Source: Ginkgo biloba (lineage: Eukaryota; Plantae; Ginkgophyta). From it: a DNA stretch of 35,092 nt. How positions within the stretch are numbered: position 1 is the first letter of the stretch; each line of letters begins with the position of its first letter. The DNA is taken from assembly GCA_024626585.2 (NCBI GenBank), contig JANKJI020000002.1, forward strand, positions 194,265,055-194,300,146, in the 5' to 3' direction. A model generated the notes under the pieces. It saw only the letters and a list, made by a program, of their open reading frames with translations, was not told where the DNA came from and ran no database searches. A program made the translations under genes and the position numbers. Positions 1 through 12,580 of this stretch are shown here, in pieces.

Positions 1-2
1 TA

Positions 3-307
3 TGTTATAACTCCATGGATGTAAATTTGGAGTGTATAGAACTGATCAATGGCATAAAGGAATCTTTGAATAGGCTTCTTATAATTCAAAATTGTTGAAA
101 CACACAAGTGAATACAAATCAATACTCAATTAATCTTGAAATATTCACGTCACATACAATATGGGACTAACCTCCATTTATATGTGTAGAGTAGAGGTCT
201 TTCACAAGAATAGAGTTAAGCCTTCACAAGAATCTTCTAGCTGACTATCACAAGAATCTCTAAAAAACTTTCACAAAAATCGACTTAAGACATGACCATT
301 AATAACA
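3..307 (-). mobile_element. Short LTR (Copia-like), about 305 bp
   Basis: Begins TGTTAT (3-8) and ends ATAACA (302-307), a perfect terminal inverted repeat with TG...CA ends. A TATAAAT box lies on the minus strand near 176-182. Internal TCACAAGAAT repeats at about 201-280. TSD and PBS cannot be tested at the window edge. Confidence 0.55.
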
Positions 308-479
308 TTAACTTTCTAATGAGAATAGTTTAAAAAGATGACTCTTTTGAAATTAGAATGAGATCTTCATTATCATAGTAAGGGACTGATTGATTTTGTT
401 GATATACTTTCCTTGGTGATTTACTACATAAAAATTCTATAGAACTCGATCCTTTGTTGAAAGATAAGATTGATTATAG

Positions 480-1005
480 TTGAAGAATCAAAATAAAAAA
501 TTTATTGAGATTGAAAATTTCTCAATCATGATCAAGCATCCATCCTTAAAGTTGTTATAGAATACATAGATAAAAAACAAATATCCCAAAATATTGGTTT
601 TTTCTTCATTGATGGTCCAAGAGGTACTGGTAAGATATTTCTATATAAGATTATTTTAGGGCATGTTAGATCACAACAAAAAAGTGCTCTAGTAATGACA
701 TATTTAATAATTATTTCTTTAATTTTAAGTGGTTGATGCATTACTCACTCAAGAGTTAAGATTCTAATTAAAGTGACACCAATCTACTTGATCATTCTTT
801 ATACAATAATCGAGGCTTAATTGATTAAAGATGCATCATTATTAGTTTGGAATGAGGCACTAACTGTACAAAAATATATATTTTGAATTCATTGATCGTT
901 CATTGCATAACTTTATGAAAATAATAGATCTTAAATTTGAATATATTCTATTTGGTAGAAATATATAATTTTTTATGGATATTTTTTATAAGTATTACAT
1001 GATGT
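480..1005 (+). pseudogene. Helitron Pif1-type helicase remnant
   Basis: The frame from 521 reads LNHDQ...FFFIDGPRGTGKIFLYKIILGHVRSQQKSALVMT...SG*CITHSRVKILI, then after frameshifts LIKDASLLVWNEAL...EFIDRSLHNFM. This matches the Helitron Pif1 pattern FFIDGPGGTGKTFLY..VRS..ALAVASSGIAA.LL.GGRTAHSRFKIP / LIIWDEAPM..ALDRTLRDI. Stops and frameshifts are present. Confidence 0.85.
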
Positions 1006-1799
1006 ACCCGATTGGTAAGAAGATGAAGGAATGCCTACAAAATATTGTGAAAGTGTATGGATAAAACATATAGGGGGCCAACTAGCTCTATAATTGTTTG
1101 CACTCTTTATTACACTAGATTTTAGTTTTTTGTCCACTTGTATGACCTAAAACTACTCTCAATTTGGTATTTTTTGTAATACTATGTTGGTGCACACTAT
1201 ACTATGTTATCACATAGGTAATACCATGTCAACACATACCCAACCTGTGGTATTCAAGTCAATATTGTGCTAGAACACACCCATCTTGTGCTATTGAGTA
1301 CAAAAGTATGGTACAACTCTCAAAAGCCTAAAAACTTATAGAAAGACGTCGTAAGCATGCTCCTTCTCATGCAGCCCAAGAACATGGCCCATACAAACCT
1401 ATGAAATTTTCAAACACCTACACAATATACAAAAAGATACTCAATACACTTATGTGATTGGACTAAAAGATCTAGCATAATCTTACACAATATTTCTAGC
1501 AAGATCAAACATAAGCTTCACAAGATAAATTAGACAATAAATAAAAGATCTTTATTATTCCATAAAAATGCTATGTACAAGTCCAATATTTGGGAGAAAA
1601 GATATTACAATTACAATGACTAAGGATCAAAGATCCAAAACTGTAAGAACATAGAGCAAGAGGCTCTTATATATGAGAAGCCTTAGCCAAATATAATAAA
1701 ATTCTAAATGGAAAGATGCCATGCATACTTCAATCAATCTATGTTAACCTCATAAATCATAGATAATGGAAATAATAAGAATTACTAGAATTCATAGCA
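1000..1799. mobile_element. Probable LTR fragment interrupting the Helitron
   Basis: Helicase homology stops at TGATGTACC (1000), a Gypsy-like LTR start. The region is non-coding with short degenerate repeats (about 1180-1320) and a TATA-like TTATATAT at about 1667. The other end is lost in the N gap. Confidence 0.35.
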
Positions 1800-1899
1800 N
1801 NNNNNNNNNNNNNNNNNNNNNNNNNNNNNNNNNNNNNNNNNNNNNNNNNNNNNNNNNNNNNNNNNNNNNNNNNNNNNNNNNNNNNNNNNNNNNNNNNNN

Positions 1900-4800
1900 C
1901 CTACCTACCATTGGGAATCCCATCCACCTTCTTCTACAAATTTAATAAGATCAAAATTCCTTTGATCAATGTTTCTACTCAGGAACCAAATCCTAGGAAA
2001 TAAATATATGGACCAAATTCCTACCTTTGATATCCTCTAAGCTCAGTTCTAAATGGATCACTGTAACCTTGTTCCTTTTTGTGTGAAGATGTTGTATTAG
2101 AGTACCCGACGTTCCTTTTCTCTTCCTCTGACCCCTTATTTTCTAGTTCATCTACCTAGATGTTCCATTCCCTTCTCATGAAGATGATCTCCCAGAGCTC
2201 AAAATGACACAATAACTCATTGAACTCCCTGATGATAGGTTCTAGGATTAAATTATTACAGTCTGATTTTCCCTACACAATATTGATAATAAGTTGATCT
2301 CCATAGATCATTACCCTCCATATATTCCTCGTCATCAAAATAATCAAACCCTTTATCAAGGCCTTACATTTTTCCATGTTATTAGTTGAATATCCCAAGA
2401 TCTCCCAAAAGGCTATCCTATAATTTTGTTGTAGAATAACCAAAAGGCCTCCTAACCCATCTTGACTTGGGTTATTCTTTGATGCACCATAAAAGGAAGT
2501 AAACTATGTCCCTATAACAACTTGATATGGAATTAAGTGGGATAATATCCTTTCTTTCCTAGGGTACTCCTAAGTTTTAACATATTTGTACTGACCACAT
2601 CCTAGATAGATAGAGTTAACCTTTCTTCTTCCCCTATTGGTTTGAAATCCTTCAAATTTTTGACTAAAATGTATTCATTGGTCAATCTTTTAGTTGAAAG
2701 AACCACTTTGTATACTAAAGGGGATTGACTATTAAAGATGAAATTATTGCATTCCACCCATAAAAACCATACCACAAACTTTGGTAAGGAACTCCATAAT
2801 AGTTTTATATGCTTACTTTTTATTTTTGGCTTCCCCTATGATTTCACTAGATAATGCAAATACCCCATCATCTTTGAGATATGTCTTATCTATAAATTTC
2901 CACTTAGTGAATCTTGACCATTACTAAGACCTCCTTCCACACTTGCTTGCTAAAGCTACAATCAAGAAGCAAATGCCTCACTATGTCTTCTTGACACCCA
3001 CATTGAACACATCTAGATGGCCCCTTGAATCCCCTCCTCCTCAAATTATCTATCGTAAGAATTACATTATGATGCATCATCTAGATGAATACATTTACCT
3101 TTGAGAGACATGGAGTACTCCAAAGAGTCACTCACTTCCTATCTATAACTGTTCCCCTTTGGGTAGCCAAGACATCACAACCTCCTTTCNNNNNNNNNNN
3201 NNNNNNNNNNNNNNNNNNNNNNNNNNNNNNNNNNNNNNNNNNNNNNNNNNNNNNNNNNNNNNNNNNNNNNNNNNNNNNNNNNNNNNNNNNNNNNNNNNNN
3301 NNNNNNNNNNNNNNNNNNNNNNNNNNNNNNNNNNNNNNNNNNNNNNNNNNNNNNNNNNNNNNTTTTGGGATTCTTATTATGTGTTCCTTTATAAAGTCTT
3401 CCATCCTCCAAAATTCCTTGTTTAGAAATCATTCTCTTAAAGATATATATCTACCTCCTCTCGCAAAGGTTTAGTTGCAAGGAAAGACTCATAATAAAAA
3501 TGAATCCTTCTTCCATCTCCATGGATCAATGGAATTCCTAGAAGAATATTTTTTCATAGCACTAACCTAGATCTATAGGGTGTTTCCTCCCATAAGAAAT
3601 ATTCTATGGTAATCCCACCATAATATTTTCTTAACAAGATGTCTTTCTAAAGCATCAGAGGACTTATGCCCATTCCCCATGCCTATTTGGACCGAAGCAA
3701 TTTTCCATATCCCTCATCCTTTAGACACCTACTCCACCCTCCTCATTCGATCAACAAAAGGTGTCTTAATTGATTAAGTGAATTCTCTTCTTTTCTCTCC
3801 TTCCCTTCCAAAGAAAGGATATCATAATATTTTTGAACTCCTCTAGAATTCTTTTCAGATCCACCAATATGGAACACAAAAATATTAGGAAGGAGGCTAA
3901 AACTAACCTAATTAGAGTTATCTTCCCTACTAAATTAAGCCAAGATGAAGACCAAATTTTAATTTTATTGCAATTTTGTTTCAAAATAGGTGACCAATAT
4001 TTTCCTCTTAATAAATTGGGCAATAATGGTACACCTAGGTATTTGATTAGAGCATCCAAGGAACCTCTATGGAATCCTAACAACCTACAATTCTTAATGT
4101 GAAACTTCACTAAACCACTCATAATATAGAGTATGGCTTTGTCTTTAATCATTGACTCCCTAAATGCCACCACAAAGGTATTTAACACCTCTTTAAAAAC
4201 TCTAGTAAAGTATCATCCAAAAATTGTACATGCGTGATCAATTTATAATTAGAAGTTACTTTGAACCCTATCATATTATCCCCCTTAAAGGTGGAATTCA
4301 TACTCCCCAAAACCTTACCCACTGTCTTGGACTCTTCGTAAGTCCTAAAAAAATCCTCCTTAATCAATTCCTGGCTGGCCTTGAAAAAAAATTCTTGAAA
4401 GACATTGGGACATGGGGATTTATCACCCTTCATGATAAAATACACCTCCTCCATCTCCTCCAAAGTAATTTTCTTAACTAGGAAGGCATTCTCCTCATTT
4501 TCCACTAGCTTGGAAATTACCCCAAAAATCTCCTCTTAGGATAAGGAGTTGTCCACCTACACCTCTGACAAGAGAGAGGAGAAGAAGATAATTTCCACCT
4601 ACCTTANNNNNNNNNNNNNNNNNNNNNNNNNNNNNNNNNNNNNNNNNNNNNNNNNNNNNNNNNNNNNNNNNNNNNNNNNNNNNNNNNNNNNNNNNNNNNN
4701 NNTTGATCTCCCACATCCAACCATATAATCTTAGACTTCAACCTCCATTTCTCTTCCTCCTCCTTCAACAAGCCATCTAAATCCTTAATTGGTTCTCCCT

Positions 4801-7800
4801 CCTTCCCTTCCATGTATATTGTGAGTACAACTCTATTATTTCCTCTTGAATAGAGATTAGAACTGACTCTATTGACTTCTTTGCTTTTCCCTTCTTCTCA
4901 GAGATATGGTAGTCCCAAGATCTAATTTTATATTTGATAAAGGACAATTTATTTACAAATTTATATTTTTTTTCCAAAAATAGGATCCCCCTCCCTTCAC
5001 CACCTTTAGATGTTATCCAAAAAATGAATTTCCTAGATCAACAAGGAATTAAACTTAATAAGTAACTTTGATTGATTGAGGCAACATAGAAAGTTCTAAA
5101 CTTACTGGTCTATGATTAGAAGCACCACTGTAGAGGATCTTGGAATCTAAACTCCAAAATAAATAAATGAAACTATCACTCACCATAAATATGTCTAGAT
5201 GCCTTGATACATGAGCAATCCCTAATCTCTTATTTGACTAAGTGAAGGAGCCAAAATTTTATTTTGTATCTACCAACCTAAAATCCTACATTCCTATGGG
5301 ATAATATTCTAAAGTGTGATATTATGATAATAATTCTCCTCTCTTCTCCTCCCTAAAGAAAGTCAGGCTCATATTTGCACCCACAATCTAGTTGACAGGA
5401 TTACGATCTTTTTATCTAGTCCAAAAATATCTCTAAATTGAAACTTTCTCTTTACTTATGGATGGAAAATAAGCATTTGATATTAGGAATTCATTATCAT
5501 CTACCATACTACATAAATGCATTGCGGTATAGTGCCTATTAAGGTCTAACTCTATACCTGCATACTCATTGCCTCTCCAAATAATTNNNNNNNNNNNNNN
5601 NNNNNNNNNNNNNNNNNNNNNNNNNNNNNNNNNNNNNNNNNNNNNNNNNNNNNNNNNNNNNNNNNNNNNNNNNNNNNNNNNNNNNNNNNNNNNNNNNNNN
5701 NNNNNNNNNNNNNNNNNNNNNNNNNNNNNNNNNNNNNNNNNNNNNNNNNNNNNNNNNNNNNNNNNNNNNNNNNNNNNNNNNNNNNNNNNNNNNNNNNNNN
5801 NNNNNNNNNNNNNNNNNNNNNNNNNNNNNNNNNNNNNNNNNNNNNNNNNNNNNNNNNNNNNNNNNNNNNNNNNNNNNNNNNNNNNNNNNNNNNNNNNNNN
5901 NNNNNNNNNNTACTTGGTATTTTCAAAGAAACCTTGCCTATGTATAAGTTTGTTGATCTAGAATTTCCTTTCACTGACTCTCTCGTTAGTTTGGATTTCT
6001 CTACTCTCCTACCTAGCTCTTGGTTTGAAATAACAAGAGAGGAGGGTGGGCCAAAGAAATCCCCTCCCCTTGAACACCCAAGCAAGGTATTTTTGTCAAC
6101 CCCCTTCTAACCTATATACTTTAAGATCCCTCTAGGGGATATATGAGGNNNNNNNNNNNNNNNNNNNNNNNNNNNNNNNNNNNTGCCAGTATTACCACTT
6201 GAATTTGCCTCACCAAACCAACCACCTCAAATGAATTTTCTCTTTCTCCAAATGGACCCTCTTTTGATATATCCACCCAAGAACTTCTTTGAACTAATAG
6301 TTTTCCCTTCGAAGAAGTAATAAACTCCTTCCCACCCTGTATTTGATCCTCTATGACACTAAAATATCCTTCTAAACTCTCCTCACTGAGTCCTAATATA
6401 GGAATATTACTTTCCTCCTCCCTTTCACTCACATTGAAGGATTTAATCGAAAAAACCATTAAAATCTTGACCTTCTTGCTCCTAGACTGAAAAGATGGAG
6501 AATTAGAAAGAAAGATCCCCTCACCTGACAATAACAAATCTTCTCCTTCTCCTAAATTCTGAGTTTGAGGTGAGATGATGAAAATAACATCTATTGGCCT
6601 ATCCAAACTTAATGGGACTCCTTCAGAATGAACAATTTCCTCCCTTGATTCATTTGGAAATAATATCAAACACTTTGAGGCCTTCCTCTATTTCAACTCC
6701 TCAGAGCCTATCTCTGATTTATTTAGCGACTTGATTCTTACCACCAACCCTTCTATTGGCTGCTTCCATAACACAACCTTAGGATCCTATGAAGGAAATT
6801 GAATTATGCCATATANNNNNNNNNNNNNNNNNNNNNNNNNNNNNNNNNNNNNNNNNNNNNNNNNNNNNNNNNNNNNNNNNNNNNNNNNNNNNNNNNNNNN
6901 NNNNNNNNNNNNNNNNNTATGATCAATGACCTACTACATCTTAATAAACACATTTGATAGGTAATTCTCCCTTAAGACAATTCTCTCAATGAGCCATTGG
7001 GTAGTTTTTGAAGAAAACATGCCACTTGGAACTTTTATAGATTCGACTAGCGAATCATGCATGAGTACATCACTTACCTCTAACTGTAGATCTATTAGCT
7101 TAGACATAGGATTGAAAGAGTTTTTATCTTGAGGGANNNNNNNNNNNNNNNNNNNNNNNNNNNNNNNNNNNNNNNNNNNNNNNNNNNNNNNNNNNNNNNN
7201 NNNNNNNNNNNNNNNNNNNNNNNNNNNNNNNNNNNNNNNNNNNNNNNNNNNNNNNNNNNNNNNNNNNNNNNNNNNNNNNNNNNNNNNNNNNNNNNNNNNN
7301 NNNNNNNNNNNNNNNNNNNNNNNNNNNNNNNNNNNNNNNNNNNNNNNNNNNNNNNNNNNNNNNNNNNNNNNNNNNNNNNNNNNNNNNNNNNNNNNNNNNN
7401 NNNNNNNNNNNNNNNNNNNNNNNNNNNNNNNNNNNNNNNNGATAATAAATGTAAACCCATATTATTTTCTATCTACTGAAGACAGGATGTCTACAGGCTG
7501 TCAAATAAAAGTTCAGGCAGTTTCAACCCTGGGAGATCAAGTTTCTTCTTCCTTCATTGACAGAAGTGGGAATAATTTAACTAGATGGTTGTATTTTGAA
7601 TAATGGATACATATGAATGGCACCTCTTTGTAATCAATCAATTGACTAGACTTATGGCTACCAATAATCATNNNNNNNNNNNNNNNNNNNNNNNNNNNNN
7701 NNNNNNNNNNNNATCTTCTGACAACCCTTATGCAATGTTGATGTTAACACAAATGTGAGCATAGGTATCTATCTTATTTCAATTATGAAAATCTAATAAC

Positions 7801-8400
7801 ATTGCGTACACTCGAATGCAATTCCCAATTAGTTCAAATGTGTGTTGATTTCACAGGTGAAGTAGAAGGAAAGGTAACTAAATTCAAACTTAAATTTTTT
7901 CCAATATTTCACTCTGAAGATCAAACTCCAAGTACCACGAATATAAGCTTAGGCTGTTGCCTCCCATAAACCATGGANNNNNNNNNNNNNNNNNNNNNNN
8001 NNNNNNNNNNNNNNNNNNNNNNNNNNNNNNNNNNNNNNNNNNNNNNNNNNNNNNNNNNNNNNNNNNNNNNNNNNNNNNNNNNNNNNTTCATCTATTGTTC
8101 CATACTCATCAAGGATATCCATTGTCCATTAAATATACTAAACTGGACAAGCTCTTAGAGAAGAAACCTTTCTACATTTAAAAATTATTCATCAACCCTA
8201 ATTTGAGATCTACTCTCCCTACTTTTTATGATGAACGAATTTGCCTTTAAATTAGGGAAGGATCAGAACAAGATCCTTTGAGATTTTCTCTCAATTGAGG
8301 AATTAATTACTTGGTTGTAAGGTTCTTTACTTTCCANNNNNNNNNNNTGTTGGATTTTCCTTTATAGAATTCCCTCCTTGCTCCATCCCTCATGTGCATC
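1900..8400 (-). mobile_element. Degenerate near-full-length LINE (L1 clade): ORF1 (DUF4283, zinc knuckle) and ORF2 (APE endonuclease, RT, zf-RVT, RNase H)
   Basis: Minus-strand motifs occur in the expected order: PWFMGGNSL..W (about 7940-7975), YAHICVNIN and IDYKEVPFICIHYSKYNHL (about 7575-7770), GSFT*SNKR / LDIF / SNHRP (about 5105-5255), DKSPCPNVF..FF, HVQFLDDTLL, IKYLGVPL, LNLVGKITLIRLVL (3766-4505), PSRCVQC...HLLLDCSFSKQVW (about 2935-3025), FYGASKNNP / STNN..KALIKGL / YGDQLII (about 2280-2500). Confidence 0.9.
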
Positions 8401-9349
8401 CAACCTTGCATAATTATGTTAATTGAATTCCTAACTATGGTTAGGTTAATAATTAATTACAGTTGGGTCGACACTTAATTATAATTATTTTTAAATAAAA
8501 ATACTATTAAAATACTAATATAGTATTTGATAGTAATTATTTATCATGGATAAGTATTTTCGCATATATATGTGTGNNNNNNNNNNNNNNNNNNNNNNNN
8601 NNNNNNNNNNNNNNNNNNNNNNNNNNNNNNNNNNNNNNNNNNNNNNNNNNNNNNNNNNNNNNNNNNNNNNNNNNNNTTACCTATTAATGAAAACCTCATC
8701 ATTTCATGGGCCATAATATGCAATCTTTTACATTCCCTTAATTCAATTTAATATGACATAATAAATCAAAATTGTATAAGGTGAATTATAAGTAAGTGAA
8801 TAAAAGCATATGTTATAGTGTAGGACCATGTTCAAAATTAAAACTATAAAAGATAAATATGAAAATCAAGTGAGTCAAAGGGTGTTATAGTGCATGANNN
8901 NNNNNNNNNNNNNNNNNNNNNNNNNNNNNNNNNNNNNNNNNNNNNNNNCATTTAGTCAAAAACTTTTTTCATGTTTCTACTTATTATTATAACTACCAAT
9001 TTTGAGCACCTATGTGTACACCCTAGGAGCCACTAAAATGGAGATGATTTTCTGTATCAAATCTTGGCATTATGCCTTGCATAAAAAAATTCCTTAAGTC
9101 TTTGAGTCAAAATGCCCAATTAAGCTTGCATGCATTTAGTGGGCCCTATATGAACCATGATGAGCTTTCATCAGTGTAGTGCCTATGGAAAATAATAAAA
9201 ATTTGGGTTTTCTTAGAACATTGTAAAGTGGATTCTCTAATGGTTAGGCAATTATATGAGAGACTATTAAGGATACATTACTCAATATGATGACAATATA
9301 GCACTCTATTATAATTTAATAATTATCTCCTTTTATAAAATGGGTCTAT

Positions 9350-10675
9350 CATAGAGCATGTAGGTTGTGGCTAATTGTCAAGCAAGTTGGGAGTATGTCA
9401 AAATAATGGTTGTTAGATATTGAAAGAATATTATAAGTGCATGATTATCAAAAAATAAAATTTCTTGATGTTTATCCACGATATAGTAGGAAGACTATGA
9501 TGATATGCTAGGGGATGATAATATTTTGAATAAAAATCCTAATAAATTAGCACTAATTTTGCCTAAGTCTAATAATTCACTCTAGACATCATTTGAGCAA
9601 GTGGGAAGAACCCATTTGATTTCATCATGTTGAAGAACATTTAAATCTTAAAGGGTGTTTATTGCATGTAAGGAGGTGCTTAATGAAGGGATAAAGTTCC
9701 CAAAATAATTTAATCAAAAATACAATATTTAATTACAAAAAATTATGTATTATTAAAGATGAAAAGTAGTAAAGATCATTAGATCCTATGCCACATCATA
9801 TTTGAAGACTTTAATACCCCTCCTAAGCCATTTTACTCATACTAGAAGATTTTTAAATTTTTTATTGTGAACAAAAAAAAATTGTATAATTTTTTTTCTA
9901 AATGCATAGCCTAAGGGAACAATTAATATTGAATTTTTTATTGATAATCACACCCCACCTGTATAATAGGGGAAATTTTATTTATAATTACCCGTATAAT
10001 AATATCCTTCTTAGAAATTATTTTGTCTAAAAGAACTTTAATGGGGTCCGTTTTGTTAGTTGAGGACACAGCCNNNNNNNNNNNNNNNNNNNNNNNNNNN
10101 NNNNNNNNNNNNNNNNNNNNNNNNNNNNNNNNNNNNNNNNNNNNNNNNNNNNNNNNNNNNNNNNNNNNNNNNNTTATAAGATTAAGGAAGAGTATGAGAT
10201 ACATCTTTGAATGGACTTGGATTTTCTAAGGAAGGAGAACTTGTATGTCAATTTATCTAAGTGTGAATTTCTGTAAGGTAGAAGTGGAGTATGTAGGGAA
10301 TATAGTTTTAGATAAATGGATAGAATTTGATATAAGAAGGTAAAAGTGGTTTGTGAGTGGAATAACATAACAAGTTTCCATGAGTGGGAAGTTTCCTTAG
10401 AGTGGCCAACTTTTATTGTAGGTTTATAATGATATTTTTAAAGTTGGAAGCCATCTAATTAAGTTGTTGAATAAATATAAGAGATTCAAGTGGAAAAAAA
10501 TATGTCAAGTGATATTTTACTTATTGAATCAAAATTTGAATAATACCCCAATATTGAATTTACTTCATGTGGTAAGACCTTTAACTGTCTTCATAAATTC
10601 TAATGGAGCTATTATTAAAGTAATACTTATATAGGATGATAAAGTAATTGCGTTTGAATGCCCATAGATGAATGA
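9350..10675 (+). mobile_element. Decayed Ty3/Gypsy remnant (RT C-terminus and RNase H; possible gag trace upstream)
   Basis: 10174-10675 reads LRKENLYVNLSKCEF..VEYVGNIV..KVKVVCEW..SFLRVANFYCRFI..TPILNL..RPLTVFINSNG..VILI*DDKVIAFE, matching Gypsy RT-RNase H. The upstream WLLDIERIL / GRL** (about 9400-9505) is only weakly gag-like. Confidence 0.75.
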
Positions 10676-11763
10676 TCAAAGCTTAATGAGTCTAATGATT
10701 TAGAAGGATTGAAAGAATACCTAATTCTACACAAAATCTATCTACAATTTTTGGTAATCCTGTTTCATCTGAGAAGTAAATTTCATAGCAATTTTTTTGT
10801 GTAGCATCTAATAAATGTGTTTATTTTTGGAATTAGGAGTTATCAATCAAGGTTTTCATCTTTTAACCAACTTGTCGATAGGATTAGGTTTGCAATTAAT
10901 TTTTGAAACTATTTGAGGTACAACCAACAAGTAAATTTTATGAGTAATACAAATTGAAAGATAAAATATGAATCACATACTAGATTAATGAGTTGGTTGT
11001 AGTTCATGGAAGGTAAATTTTGAGATAGCTCAAAATAAAGTAGTCAAGAACTATTTATATGATACCTTAAGGATGTTGAAGGTCGTTGCATGGGCATCCC
11101 ATAAATGGGAAGAAACATTTAATATGAGAATGTATAAATTAGAGGTTCACCTAAGGCTTTCAAATTGGCTTATATATGTCCAAAAGGCTTCCCTAAAAAA
11201 TGCATCCAAAAAATATTGTTTATATAAATTTTGAACTTCAAGCATAACATTTTATTCTCTTCTTGATGTCTACAAAAGAAATCAAGAAAATGTAAGAAAC
11301 AATTTAAGATCACTAGACAAATGAGGAGTGCATAAAAGAAAACCAACCCCATAAAATGGCTAGTTGCCATTATAGTTGAGAATAAATTGCAGTGAATCTT
11401 GAATACAATCATGCATAAGTAATATGAGAAGTTAAAATACAAAAAGAAGGCTTTTGCAATAAATATTTCATCGATAATAAACATTTATTTTAAAATGTAA
11501 AAACACTAATCATATAGCCATAACTAACTAGAATGGTATTATAAAAATTAAAGTAGAGATTTTTATTCAAAAGGATAATAAAAGGAAAAATGGCATGACA
11601 CAGATTTGAATTATGGATATAAATTCCTTATTAATGACAACCTTATCACTTTATAGGCCATAANNNNNNNNNNNNNNNNNNNNNNNNNNNNNNNNNNNNN
11701 NNNNNNNNNNNNNNNNNNNNNNNNNNNNNNNNNNNNNNNNNNNNNNNNNNNNNNNNNNNNNNN

Positions 11764-12371
11764 ACAGTGAGAGTTTTAAAATATAAGCATTAATGATGAT
11801 AGTTGGATGATACCTACTAGAGGTTTTATGATATGAAAAGAAGGAGTGAAAGGAATTTAATTATTCACCAACCACTATCAAAATCAAGAATTTTGGGAGA
11901 TAATATAAGAGATCCTTCTCAAAAAAAGAGGGGAGTGATATGACAAACAAGAGGATAGAAGAAGAGAGAGAAGATTTGAGGAGTAGAAGAAGATAACAAG
12001 GCATAAAAGGAAGGAGGAGGTTGAGAAGAATGAAAAATATGAGGTAGCTCAGGAAGGATGATAAACATGGAAGTAAGACAGTAGGTAGAATGCCAAATGT
12101 GAGGCAACTTGGGGATAGGCACAGGAGAGAAACGCAAGGAAGAGTGTTTTTTTGTAATTGAAATCCTTCTATATTATACATGTAATCCCCTTTAGGATAG
12201 TGATTAATAAAATAATTCCATTTTATTATTCATACTTCTCTTCACACTTATGCATTTGTAATTTTATGCATATCCTTTTCTCCCACCATGCTAGTTAGTT
12301 GCATTGTCCATTGTTCCTAGGCACTACACTAATTTGGTATTCTTTATGGTTAATATTGGGTGTCTACATCA
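11764..12371 (+). mobile_element. 5' LTR (left end uncertain, in or before the N gap)
   Basis: Collinear with 14281-14880 (shared aaatccttctatattatacatgtaatcccc and ttttatgcatatccttttctcccaccatg). Ends GTGTCTACATCA and is followed by a PBS-like site. Confidence 0.8.
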
Positions 12372-12373
12372 TC

Positions 12374-12385
12374 TAGTATTAGAGA
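12374..12385 (+). promoter_or_regulatory. Decayed tRNA-iMet primer binding site
   Basis: TAGTATTAGAGA lies 2 nt after the LTR end and matches canonical TGGTATCAGAGC at 9/12 positions, with G>A and C>T among the changes. Confidence 0.6.
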
Positions 12386-12580
12386 TAGAAATAGATCATT
12401 GGTGGAAGGATTAGATCTAGTATTGGAGCTAAGGGAATCTCATCAAAAGAGTATCCCAATTAAAATCCTATGGTGGAAGTTGTTACTGTGAGAAGAAGGC
12501 AGCAAGAATTTTCCAAGGGTAGTCAAGAAGTGTCTAAAAGAAGTAATAAGAGGAGATGCCTAAAGATAAAATATAACAAG

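Noticed and set aside
10680-11490. Possible DNA transposon or gene fragment
   Set aside because: No motif was recognisable in the frames I read, so it is left unannotated.
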